Positions 11,883 to 24,240 of a stretch of DNA of 64,000 nt are shown one piece after another. The stretch's first letter is position 1. The number at the start of each line of letters is the position of its first letter. This DNA comes from Macrostomum lignano. Taxonomy: Eukaryota. The notes beneath the pieces are model-generated. The model searched no databases, was not told the DNA's origin, and was given only the letters and a program-made list of their open reading frames with translations. A program made the position numbers and the translations under genes. The stretch is taken from assembly GCA_002269645.1 (NCBI GenBank), contig NIVC01000068.1, forward strand, positions 620,001-684,000, given 5' to 3'.

Positions 11883-13004
11883 TACGTATAAAGATTTTCC
11901 GGGACATTATTTGCTTTCTCCGGGATTTTATTTGTAATTACTCGATAACTGTACTAGTTGGTAATGTAATCTCCCCTTGCGTTGATTACAGCTTGGCAAT
12001 GGTCAACAAGTCGCTGAACCTCTCTTTTCAAGCAATCTTCGTCAAGGCCTCTTGCCCATTGCAACGCAGCTTCTCGAACTTCATTGTGGTCGCTGAACAC
12101 TCGCCTGGAGAAATCAGTCTTCATCCAACTGAACAAAAAACGGTCGCACAAATTGAAGTCTGAGCTGTAAGGACTCTGAAACACCAGCTGAACTCCACGG
12201 GACTCCATGTACTGCTGCACAGAACGAGCCACGTGAGGTCGCGCATTATCCCACTGCCAAAGAACATCCGACAGATGAATTGGCCTTGACCTGAGAGTAC
12301 GCCATAGGTCTCCGGTGTGCCGAATGAACTCAACTATGCCATTTGCATCAACAATTTGCTTTGGGGCTGTGGATTCAATGGAGAAGCGCTTGTTTGGAGT
12401 AAAAGCAACCAGAAGAATTGTCTTTGCATTGCCGACTGAGTGCCTGACAACCTGGGGCCGATGATCCCCTTGGCCAAGCCAGCACCTGTTGTTTTGCTTT
12501 GTGCCAGTGTTGTTCAGGTACACCCACGTCTCATCCTCCACCACGTACTTGAAGTTTTCCATGCCCTCGTTGTAAAAAAGCCTGCGAATTGCTTGGCACA
12601 ATTGATGCGGGCAGTCTTGTTCTCCTCGGATAGAGCATGCGGAACCCAGACAGCAGAAACGTTTCGAAGGTGCAAATCCTCAGTAAAAATTTCGTGCACT
12701 GTTGTTTTTCCAACTTCCAAAAAGTCAGCGAGGTCTCGGACACTAACTTTTGGATCCTCTTCAATAAGAGCTCGGCAGGTTTCGATCAGTTCCGCTGTCC
12801 TTGTTGACCGTGGCCGGCCAGTCCGAGGAGCTGAGACCGGGGGAAATGCTTCGTCACGGAACTTCGAATACCATCTGTAAACCGTTGACCGACCTGGTGC
12901 AGCATCTCCATAAACTTTGAGCAGCTCGTCATGGCAGCTGAGAGCGGAGATTCCAAGACGGTATCTAGCATAGGCATAACCCTGGACAGCTGGAAGTCTT
13001 CCAT
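11883..13004 (-). mobile_element. mariner (DD34D) transposase pseudogene
   Basis: ATG at 13004. Motifs: HTH (TVYRWYSKF..GRPRS), WVPHAL, DETW, DNARPH, then 34 residues to the D of SPYSSDFNLCD, ending GDYITN* at 11954. At least 2 frameshifts. Only the 3' end candidate TIR is visible (~11883-11908). Confidence 0.9.
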
Positions 13005-13281
13005 TTTGAAGAACTTGCTGTCAAAATTTTCAAACTTGATCACCGCGTTGCATTTGCTATTGAGCACTTTATACTGAGCTCGCCCCAAGGACAACTTGAT
13101 AACTCAGGACCGGAAACGAGCCAATTCATGGCGAAAAAAAAAGTATGAGGCTCGTTTAAAAGCATTGTTCTATGGCCCATCCAAAGCTACGAAAGCGAAG
13201 AAATCTGAGCTGAAAATTGAGTTCTTCGCATGCACTTGCAATTGAGATAGAGAACTTATATTCTTGCTGAAACTAAATATC

Positions 13282-13421
13282 ATGCCGAGAAAATGCAGCG
13301 TCATTTTCTGTTGTGCAAACTACAATAGTAACCGTGATCGGAATGTTGCAGTATTTTCGTTTCCTAAAGATGCAACTGAACAAGATCGACTTGGCGACTG
13401 TCACTGCCTAATCAACTGACG
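13282..13421 (+). pseudogene. THAP zinc-finger N-terminal fragment (P-element-like transposase relic)
   Basis: MPRKCSVIFC...VFSFPKD...DR, then frameshift, then WRLSLPNQLT|gtaag. Confidence 0.65.
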
Positions 13422-14339
13422 GTAAGACTTTCTTTAAATGTGCTTTGTGAATCAGATTTAGCAAAACTTAGTAAGAAGCAAAACTTATTCATGCAAATCC
13501 ATTAAAATGCACATTTCCTTAAGAACCAATTCCTTTCTGTTTTACAAACCATCTTATTCGTGTAAAATAGTGACGGATAAAGATGTTTGCTATGAATATT
13601 TTTTCTATAAGTAACAAAAGGAAAAAATAAAGCCATAACAAAGATAACTAGCAAGCATCCCCCGATAGCAAGCACCCCTAGATAGCAAGCATCCCCAGTG
13701 TAGTGCGCTTGTGTGTGGCGAAAAACCTGGTCTCGTGGACCGTATATTTGAGCTATTATATAGACTCACTGCCGACGTGCGGCTACAGTGTTACGCAATG
13801 ATTGACGGGGCCAGTGCTAGTGCACGTTGGACAAGAGGGCTAAAGCTGGTCAGAGAAAAGCGTGAATGCACAGAGGGGCGTACACTACACCCAGTATTTT
13901 TATTTTTAAGAGAAAATTGGTTCAAGAATGCAGCACTGTCTGGAAAACAATCCACTCACAAAGGGTGCTATCATATCACCTGGACAGCATGACACAGTAG
14001 ATAGCAATCAATTTTAACCATGAAAACGTGTGAGCGTCAGGATTTAATGTTTCCCCACTTATTTAGCGCCCTTTGTTGAAGTACTTATTAATTGAAAGGA
14101 CGTAATTGGCAGCCTTCGTGATGGCGCTCTACTCTTCAGAGTGAATATAAATTGGCTGCTGCGACGCGAAAGTGCACTAAACTATCTGACTGCCTGTTCG
14201 TTTCTACTCATTTTGCTAATAAAACTCGTTCACAAAACGTTTACTCTATCTATTTCCCGTGAGCAAACTTAATTACCAAAGCTGGTTCCAGTGAGCAGCT
14301 TAGCCAAAATGTTTACACTGTGCTCCACTGTTTGTTCAG

Positions 14340-16716
14340 GTGGTTACGGAGCCCGGGCTGATCAAAAAAGTCAGTATAAAGCAAGTGGAATCAAATCCGT
14401 TTGCAACTGATATAGCTCATATGCTTTCATTCAACACAATGAATAAGCAGATTAACTCGAGAACGAACTCGGTTAGCGGAGGCGCTGACTGCCTCTGGTT
14501 TGACGCCGCCACATCTGAGTTGCTCACAGCGCGACTGCTTGAAGACGACGTTGAAGGAATGATCAGCCTTGCTGCAACTGCCAGCGGACCAGAATGCTGC
14601 TTGGAGGATCGGCTGAGCTGGAGGCTGGAGCACAGAGCAGCAGCTTCATCACAGCTCAGACCGCCAGCATTTGCATGCGATCGGCTGCCGCAGCTGTGCG
14701 TCATTTTGTCCAGTCGGCGGGTTCTTGGCTACCTGGCGCTGACTCATCCCCAGCTCTTGCTGTTAACTGACAGGGACTCCGGGTCGAACCTGCTGCACTG
14801 CATGGCCGAGACCAGCTGCTCGGGAACTGCCGGCTACGAAGCTTTTCAAGCGGAGGCTTTTGAACTCCTGCGACACGTCGCGTGGACACCGTCTGAAGAA
14901 GATCCGTGGTCTGATAGGTAAGTGCGTGCTTTTGTTTTCTTTCTGCTCATGCACAAGCCTCATAGAGACTGGGAGGAAGAGTTGAATGACTATAATGAAG
15001 GTGTGATTACGTCACAAACTTACTCATTAGAGGTAGACTCATTAGAAAGACGGTAAATTCTTCCATGATGCACGCTGTACCTGTTGACTCCTATCTTAAA
15101 TTTACAACTGACTGAAATGCAGCACTTGGCAACCGATCACCGCAGTCAATGAATCTTTATTAACGCACAAAACCTCCAGCCCGCAGGTAAACCTGCTTCA
15201 TCGGCTGTGTCGAATGGAAAATGCCCAAGGCCTGAGACCGTTGGAATTTTCCATGCTCATAGGCGCCTATTTCAGCGTTCGACTCATCCTTGGCGTTGAG
15301 GGGTACCTGCTAATTAAGCAAGGTGCTCACGGAATTCGCGTGCGAAGTGCGTATGACTTTGCTGAGTACGATCTGATGGACGGAGAGCGACGAGACAAGA
15401 ACCCTCTGCTGATGCTGACGCGGATGTCGCCGGAGCAAGCGGACCAGTACGCACAGTCCGGCTTGCAGGATGCGCCAGTGATGAAGAAGTGGATCGATTT
15501 GACCAATAAAGACATGAAATGCACTTTGACGCTGCGTTTAGTAGCTTTGAGCATACTGGCCTCGTCCTTCACTCCGTTCAGCAACCGCTTCGACCTCATA
15601 GTGCCCATGGCAGCCATCGGCTATGAGCTTGAGACGGGCTTTGAGCGGTACACTGATCTGATCAAACTAGCTTTGAGTAGCTCAAACAGCAGCGATGGGT
15701 CAATGAACCACAGCATCACGGATCTAGAAAAGACTGTCCGAGCCAACTGCTCACCAGCGTCTCTGATCCACTACCTGACTGACAAGTCCAACCCGAACAA
15801 TACCGACACGCTGTTCACGTCGCCACTCTGGGGTGTCCCAATTCAGAGGACAACGATTCTCGAAAACTGGTCAATTTCTCTGTTCATCCTGGGTCCAGTT
15901 CTAGTCATTCAACTCGCCGTTCTATTGCTCAACTGCTTCAAGGAGCTGCAATTTGCGCGGCGCTTCAGCCGATGGACACCGACGCACCGACGTCCGAAAG
16001 AGTATCTGGTACAGTCGCACTACTTCTTGACTGCTTACGTGCTCAGCTTCATGACAGGAATTATCTTTATCATTGCCTCAATGACTCTGGAGAGATCCAT
16101 TGACTGCACAGACTATGTGCTCGGCCGTAGGGGCCCACGAAACTTGCAGCTGACTGTGGCAGCAAATGTGTCCGAGTGCTCCGCAGTTCTGTACATATTC
16201 TTTACGCTATTTAGCGTACTCGAAACCTACGAGAGCGGATGCCGAAGCATGGCTTTTCTGTGCATCAGCTTCCGACGAGCCATTTCCAGATTTGTCGGCG
16301 TTCTGCCGCTCTTCATTCTGTGGACGTACATCGTGTTCGGCAGTCTGTTCTACATGACAGACGTTCTCGGCAAGGAGTTCGCGAAGCCGTACTCGGTGTT
16401 CTATTCACCGCTGCGTCTGCTGCTGAACATTGCCAGTCCGGCGCAGGACTTCACCAGCGTGGTACTGCACACACTCTTCATTCTGGTGGTTGGCATCAAC
16501 GCGCAGAACTTCATCATTGCCATCATATCGAACTCGTTCGACGAATCGGTCAACAAGTTCGATATGATTTACACGCTGAGTTTGCTGAATAATTCGCTGC
16601 ACACCTGGCAGTTGTATGGATGGCTCACTCGGATGTCGAGGCGCGCATGCGGCAGCAGAGAGAAGAAAAATGAGACTGGCTGCCTTGTCAGAGTGTGGAG
16701 CCTGAAGCCTCGATAG
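14340..16716 (+). CDS. TRP channel, TRPV-like (ankyrin remnant plus 6TM)
   Basis: Exons 14340-14917 and 15180-16716 (phase-2 join ag|gtaag...ctccag|c). Features: ankyrin-like NAQGLRPLEFSMLIG, YDFAEYD, KKW pre-S1, six hydrophobic segments and S6 NAQNFIIAIISNSF. The start may lie in an upstream exon. Confidence 0.75.
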
Positions 16717-16730
16717 CCGCAGGCACATGT

Positions 16731-18401
16731 ATGAGATCTGTGAGCATTGACAATTTAACACCTCATGCATGAGATCTGTGAGCATTGTCAATCCAATACC
16801 TCATGCATGAGATCTGTGAGCATTGTCAATCCAATACCTCATGCATGAGATCTGTGAGCATTGACAATCCAATACCTCATCCATGAGATCTGTGAGCATT
16901 GTCAATCCAATACCTCATCCATGAGATCTGTGAGCATTGACAATTTAACACCTCATGCATGAGATCTGTGAGCATTGACAATCCAATACCTCATCCATGA
17001 GATCTGTGAGCATTGTCAATCCAATACCTCATGCATGAGATCTGTGAGCATTGTCAATCCAATACCTCATGCATGAGATCTGTGAGCATTGTCAATCCAA
17101 TACCTCATGCATGAGATCTGTGAGCATTGTCAATCCAATACCTCATGCATGAGATCTGTGAGCATTGTCAATCCAATACCCCATGCATGAGATCTGTGAG
17201 CATTGTCAATCCAATACCTCATGCATGAGATCTGTGAGCATTGTCAATCCTATACCTCATGCATGAGATCTGTGAGCATTGACAATCCAATACCTCATCC
17301 ATGAGATCTGTGAGCATTGTCAATCCAATACCTCATCCATGAGATCTGTGAGCATTGACAATTTAACACCTCATGCATGAGATCTGTGAGCATTGTCAAT
17401 CCAATACCTCATGCATGATATCTGTGAGCATTGTCAATCCAATACCTCATGCATGAGATCTGTGAGCATTGTCAATCCAATACCTCATGCATGAGATCTG
17501 TGAGCATTGTCAATCCAATACCCATGCATGAGATCTGTGAGCATTGTCAATCCAATACCCCATGCATGAGATCTGTGAGTATTGTCAATCCAATACCTCA
17601 TGCATGAGATCTGTGAGCATTGTCAATCCAATACCTCATGCATGATATCTGTGAGCATTGTCAATCCAATACCTCATGCATGAGATCTGTGAGCATTGTC
17701 AATCCAATACCTCATGCATGAGATCTGTGAGCATTGTCAATCCAATACCTCATGCATGAGATCTGTGAGCATTGTCAATCCAATACCTCATGCATGAGAT
17801 CTGTGAGCATTGTCAATCCTATACCTCATGCATGAGATCTGTGAGCATTGACAATCCAATACCTCATCCATGAGATCTGTGAGCATTGTCAATCCAATAC
17901 CTCATCCATGAGATCTGTGAGCATTGACAATTTAACACCTCATGCATGAGATCTGTGAGCATTGTCAATCCAATACCTCATGCATGATATCTGTGAGCAT
18001 TGTCAATCCAATACCTCATGCATGAGATCTGTGAGCATTGTCAATCCAATACCTCATGCATGAGATCTGTGAGCATTGTCAATCCAATACCTCATGCATG
18101 AGATCTGTGAGTATTGTCAATCCAATACCTCATGCATGAGATCTGTGAGCATTGTCAATCCTATACCTCATGCATGAGATCTGTGAGCATTGTCAATCCA
18201 ATACCTCATGCATGATATCTGTGAGCATTGTCAATCCAATACCTCATGCATGAGATCTGTGAGCATTGTCAATCCAATACCTCATGCATGATATCTGTGA
18301 GCATTGTCAATCCAATACCTCATGCATGAGATCTGTGAGCATTGTCAATCCTATACCTCATGCATGAGATCTGTGAGCATTGTCATTCCAATACCTCATG
18401 C
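16731..18401. repeat. 38-bp minisatellite (atgagatctgtgagcattgtcaatccaatacctcatgc), about 44 copies
   Basis: Direct reading; begins 14 bp after the TRP stop codon. Confidence 0.95.
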
Positions 18402-18719
18402 AGCTATGCAAAAAAAGTAAAAACTTCGATCCTATGTCAGCTTGGACACAGCTAAAGCCTTCTGCAATTAATAATTAGTCTGGTTTTCCCCACCAAAAAT
18501 ATTGAGACATCTCATATGTGTTCCGTCCTAGACCATTGGTAGATACTCAGATCGGCCCAGAGTGACAAAATACTTAGATTGTTCTGCACTTGTTGCCGGC
18601 TCAGCTAGTGTGGGAGCCATTTATGTCAACGGGATCACGTCGTTCTGGGCCGTTGGCCGTTGGTTTACCGTTCTATCAGGACTTACATGTACTTTCTTAC
18701 CTTCTCCCTCACATACACA

Positions 18720-18878
18720 CACCCTCAATTGTACCCATTTTACAGCTGGGTGGTCTGAAGCAAAGCAGAGTTAAGTGTCTTGCTAATGGGCACAAATTGT
18801 TCCGAGTGGATCGAGAATCGAACCCCTGACCTTCAAGCCGCGAGTCCGACGCTCAAACCACTGAGCACTAGGCTACAA
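18720..18878 (-). mobile_element. tRNA-derived SINE, family B, copy 2
   Basis: B box ggttcgattctc and a body homologous to 5050-5225. Confidence 0.65.
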
Positions 18879-19372
18879 CTTCATTGTATGCAAGGCAGTC
18901 TGCAAAAATTGAATTTAGAGAGCATACTGTACTTTCGCTTATTCGGCTTCCAGAAATATGAAAAAATGAAAATGAATTAATATGAATGAAAATATGAATT
19001 AAGCAATTGTCGCACTTATAGCATTATATTTGCGTAAATCTACTCTCAATAATTTTTATCAAGCAGTTCAAGTCCCTGTACCAAGCCAAGGAAGGCAGCA
19101 AGGTGCATGTAGTAACTAACCCCGGCTTCTGTTTTCAAGCTGTTACATTTCCTGCTAGAAGAAAGGAGAATCTGCTCTCTGGATTCACTGAAGCGGAACA
19201 TCAGACGCCAAGCAACTACTGTAGCAATTATTAACCCACGTGATTTCATGCGTGTACGCTGCGTGCTAATACGGGGCTACGCCAGCGAGATCGGCATGTA
19301 TATACGAAGCATTCCGAACAACCTAAAACCGGGGACCCATTCCAAAACTTGGAGTCACGGAAGCTTATTCAG

Positions 19373-20338
19373 ATGCTTTCAAACAAAACTGGAAAAGCTG
19401 AACTGTGTGGCTCTGCCAGTGTGTTCACAGTGCAATACCTTGGCAGCTGCGGCATCAACCATGAGACCGCCTCATCATCAGTTTCTGATTGTTCCAACTC
19501 AACTACAAGTACAGGCTTCTCAATGAATTCGCCTGCTAAACATCTTTGGCAAGCCTGCAACGCTCCGGGCTCTGGGATCCAGTTGCGTAAGGCCTACATA
19601 GTGGTGACAACTGAGGGAATCAAGTTGCACCTGTGTCAGCGCAAGAGGACGCAAAGAACCGACAGTGACGAGAGAAAATTCGTCACTCCGCTGCACCGGC
19701 TTCCGTGTTGCTGCATTGTTGAGGATGTTGATCCGAGAATTTTCGCTTGGGTTGAACAGACGGAAGCGAATGAAACTGTGAAGGAGGCTGTGACGGAGTC
19801 AACGCCATCTTCAGTTGATGCGACTGCGGGCCAAGAGCCTGCAGCGGCTGCATCGTCCAACCTGTACCGACAAGCGAACCAGGGGAAGCAGAAACGGTTC
19901 GAGTCACATGCAGTTTCGACAAGGTAACTAACAAAAATATTCCGATTTGCAAATATTAAAAAGCGTTTCCCTAGCTACATGTATTGCTACAAGGTTAAGA
20001 GCCATTCTACTGCTTTGAAAACCAATTATGTTGATTTAGAAACTCAAGTAGAAATAAGCCAAGGTCAGTCTATTAGTGGATCATATAAAAATTAACTTGT
20101 CCACTAAATCGCTACATCCATCTTCAGTAGACACCAGCCGACGCAGATCAGTGAGAAGACTCAGCATCAGCAGCAACAGCAGCATCAGCCCAGATTCATT
20201 TGCCACGCAGCTGCCTTCCCGCGGCCAGACCTGGCTATAAAGATGCAAAGCCTGACGATGCACTTTATCGCGACGGTTCACCGGGACCAGCAGCTGGCCA
20301 GAGCTCGACAGCTAAGGCGAGCCGCTCAACAGGTGTAA
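19373..20338 (+). CDS. PTB/PID-domain protein (FAM43/PID1-like)
   Basis: Exon 19373-19923: FTVQYLGS, AYIVVTTEGIKL, LHRLPCC...DPRIFAWV. Exon ~20126-20338: RFICHAAAF...AIKMQSL, then stop. Confidence 0.65.
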
Positions 20339-23182
20339 TCTACGATGCAGAAAGGTCTGTACGCAGCTCGATGGAAATACCTGCACCTGGCGAGTCCAAC
20401 GAAGTGGAGACGAGCTCCTCTACGTAAATATCAAAGAGTAAAAACTCAACCGATTCATAATAGCAGTGACATGAATTATTTTGACGATACCACCATGTTT
20501 ATCTAAGCGTTTTGTTTAGCTAGGTCAAGGTTAGAAGCAAGTTTTCGTGTTTCATTAAATATTGCTTCCCAATTGAAACACAAGGCGTACTACTTACAGT
20601 AGGCTAGTAAAGCTATGCCAATTTGTGATTGTGTTTTGTGTAGTTGATATTCAGATAAGAGTGCTAGAAGTAAACGACATGTAAATTAGTACCTAACTTA
20701 TAATTTAGCACTCATTCTTCGCTGCCGCTTGCATAACCATCTGGTGCAGCAACTCATGTTCCTAAGCTCTTCATCAGATTGTTTAGACCTACTACCTAAA
20801 CACCCAGAAAAATTGGGATTAGTTTTTGCCATTATCCCGTTGTTTCTACCCAACATACATTTACCGGATGTACAAATTTGCTGGCGTGATTGCTTAGGCT
20901 TATAATAGCATCTGTGCTGGAAAATATGATGAAATCAAATAATTGCATTACATGGTTTCAGTCGCCTTTAGTATCTTCCAAATAGAGTCTTGAAAATTAT
21001 TAAATTGAAATGTAAGAAGTCACAATTTTACTGATACTGAAAGTGGCTTTCAACATGTATTGCTTTTGGCGATCTAAATGGGACTTTTGACAATCAAAAC
21101 GGGACGCCATAGACATTCAAGCCAGGCCACAGATCGCACCCTAGTCATGGACTTAAGCAGTTTAGCAAAGTCTACTGAGGAAGGCTTGGCCATAGACTAT
21201 AACTTCGGACATTCAAAACGGGAATCGGACTGAGATTTTACAGCTCTTTTGTCCCTCCCTCCCCGGTTTGCTCGTCGAGAAAACAACCGCATTCCAAATC
21301 GCTGCCAACTTTCGACTCGATGGCTGTTCTGCATAGTCGCTAAATAATTTGCCTGTCGACATACCTATTTTTCCGATGAGTTATGTGATTGTCTATGGTC
21401 CAAGGCTGGCACAACTGTGTGGAAAAGGACTGATTGGTTGCCCGAATTCTCTCAATCGGATTGCTCCACAGTTCCCCTTTGGGCCATAGACAATGAACAG
21501 CAGTAAGCTCAGTATAAGCTTGAATCTCCAACTGAGGATTGCACTGCAAGCTCCTGGGCTCAATTGTCCACATACGCTCGTGTGTAAGTACACATATAAC
21601 GATAAGAAAGTACAATCCTGTACAATACAATGTAGCTAAAATGTAAATAATATGATATTAAAAAACAAGAAGACTGAATAAATATTTTTTGCTATAATCG
21701 ATTCGGTTACTATGGCTTGTATTGCGTTAAAATCAGACGTATGAATTAGGCATGATGAAAGATGCCTGACTCAGTAGCAGTGCTTGACGACAGCTAATTA
21801 AGTAGATTAGTAATAAGTTAAACTATTCAGCTAACTTTTTGATTTACCAACCTAAAGCTCCGGCATCAGTATATATGCCAGAAACTGTCGCCAAACAACT
21901 GCCGAAAGGAGTGAAAACCATGGACATGAATGTATGGATAAATATGTATAAAATTGGTGCCAGATTAAGATTAAGAGACGTAGAGAAAGATAAAACAATT
22001 GAATAGAATAAAAATGTGATCTAGATTTTAATCAATCGATAGCAAGAAAGCACACCAAAAATGTTCCTAGCAGAAAAAAACAAACACTGAATGAATGAAG
22101 CAAGTGATAAAAACTTCAAAATCTAAAATCGTTAAGAGCATGCGTAGATATAATATTGCTGAAAAAAATTGCCAAGTGGCTACATGTTAATCTTTGAAAA
22201 AAAAGAAAAAAAAACACCATGGCAACTGAAGCACAGCAATACAGACAGACACCGTAACAAGAATTAGTGATATTATATTTAAAAAGTGCTCAAAAAAGTT
22301 CAAGCAGTGCACTGTAAGGCTGTGAGGGCGTAGATTAAATTTCAAAATTAAAAATGCGCCATTATTGAAGCGGAATAACAAACTACAGGACGACGTCAGC
22401 GAAATAATTAACAAAGCTAAACAGTGCAGAATAACAAAACTTTATTGACAAAAATCAATTACATGCAGCTATTTGCAGCTCAGATAGAAAAAATTATGGA
22501 ATTTCAGGGAAATTAAAAGAAATTTAAAGCAACAGTCTGTAAACAGGAATGACGATAAATGGCTACTATAAAAATCTATATTAAAAATGAGAAGTTTTTT
22601 AAAAGTAACGAGAGTTTTGTCTTAACTATTGAATTGGGCAACATATATCAAACTGAAATGTTAACCCAGCAACTTAGCAAATATTTAGCTTTGAAGTTGC
22701 TTTCCAGGCCTCTAGACCATAGACAAAACTCTCCGCTACTTTTGAAACTCCCCTCATAGACGAATATTTAATGAAATCTGGCTCGCTCGAATCTGCGTGA
22801 TGCTTCTATTTTTAACAAAGCAGCAAAATACGAAGACTGTTTCGTACAGCTACTGAAAGTAGTTTTGATAACAACAGCACAACATAACATGAAAGGAACA
22901 GACAACCATGATTTCTTCTAATGACAACAAAAAATCACCATGAATATTGCTGATCGAATTATTGCTATAAGAAACAGACGAAGTTAAATTCGGAGCGGTT
23001 GCCACGTTGACATGTTTTTTTATTATCTGTCTAAATAGGAATTATCTCTAAGTAGGATAAAAAGCAAAGAGCTGATAAAATTAGGGAATGGAGAGAGCTC
23101 TCATGATAGATCACTTTTTCAATAACTTTGACGAACTGAATTAAATATTTTATAACTGAGGGAATATTTTTGTCTTGATAAT

Positions 23183-24160
23183 TATCAGACTTCACGATTC
23201 TCAAACTTCACAATCCCCAAACTTCACAATCCTCAAACTTCACGATTCTCAGTCTTCACAATCCCCAAACTTCACAATCCTCAAACTTCACGATTCTCAG
23301 TCTTCACAATCCTCAAACTTCACAATCCTCAAACTTCACAATCCTCAAACTTCACAATCCTCAGACTTCACAATCCCAAAACTTCACAATCCTCAAACTT
23401 CACAATCCTCAAACTTCACAATCCCAAAACTTCACAATCCTCAAACTTCACAATCCTCAGACTTCACAATCCCAAAACTTCACAATCCCAAAACTTCACA
23501 ATCCTCAAACTTCACAATCCTCAGACTTCACAATCCTCAGACTTCACAATCCCAAAACTTCACAATCCTCAAACTTCACAATCCTCAAACTTCACAATCC
23601 TCAAACTTCACAATCCTCAGACTTCACAATCCTCAAACTTCACAATCCTCAGACTTCACAATCCTCAAACTTCACAATCCTCAGACTTCACAATCCTCAA
23701 ACTTTACAATCCTCAAACTTCACAATCCTCAAACTTCACAATCCCAAAACTTCACAATCCTCAAACTTCACAATCCTCAGACTTCACAATTCTCAAACTT
23801 CACAATCCCAAAACTTCACAATCCTCAAACTTCACAATCCTCAAACTTCACAATCCTCAGACTTCACAATCCTCAAACTTCACAATCCTCAAACTTCACA
23901 ATCCTCAGACTTCAAAATCCTCAAACTTCACAATCATCAAACTTCACAATCCCAAAACTTCACAATCCTCAAACTTCACAATCCTCAGATTTCACAATCC
24001 TCAGACTTCACAATCCTCAGACTTCACAATCCTCAGACTTCACAATCCTCAGACTTCACAATCCTCAAACTTCACAATCCCCAAGCTTCACAATCCCCAA
24101 ACTTCACAATCCCCAAGCTTCACAATCCCCAAACTTCACAATCCCCAAGCTTCACAATCC
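23183..24160. repeat. 16-bp minisatellite (ttcacaatcctcaaac), about 60 copies
   Basis: Direct reading; lies ~80 bp beyond the AMPD stop. Confidence 0.95.
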
Positions 24161-24240
24161 ATGGCAAACTTCCGGGTCGGGCAATGTTACTTAGCACAAA
24201 TCAGACCCAGCCATCAAGACGGGTGGATATGCAAAGCCAC

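Noticed and set aside
13005-13280. 5' TIR of the mariner element
   Set aside because: No reverse complement of the candidate 3' terminus (11883-11908) was found, so the element is not called intact.
16731-18401. CRISPR-like appearance of the 38-bp (and 35- and 37-bp) regular repeats
   Set aside because: Units are head-to-tail with no unique spacers, there are no cas genes, and the context is eukaryotic.
20500-22500. Possible hidden gene or TE, including ccatagac inverted motifs at 21390-21493
   Set aside because: No sustained reading frame or family motif; the 10-bp motifs are too short to call.
23175-24194. 339-aa ORF
   Set aside because: It is a translation of the 16-bp minisatellite, antisense to the AMPD 3' flank; stop-free by unit composition.
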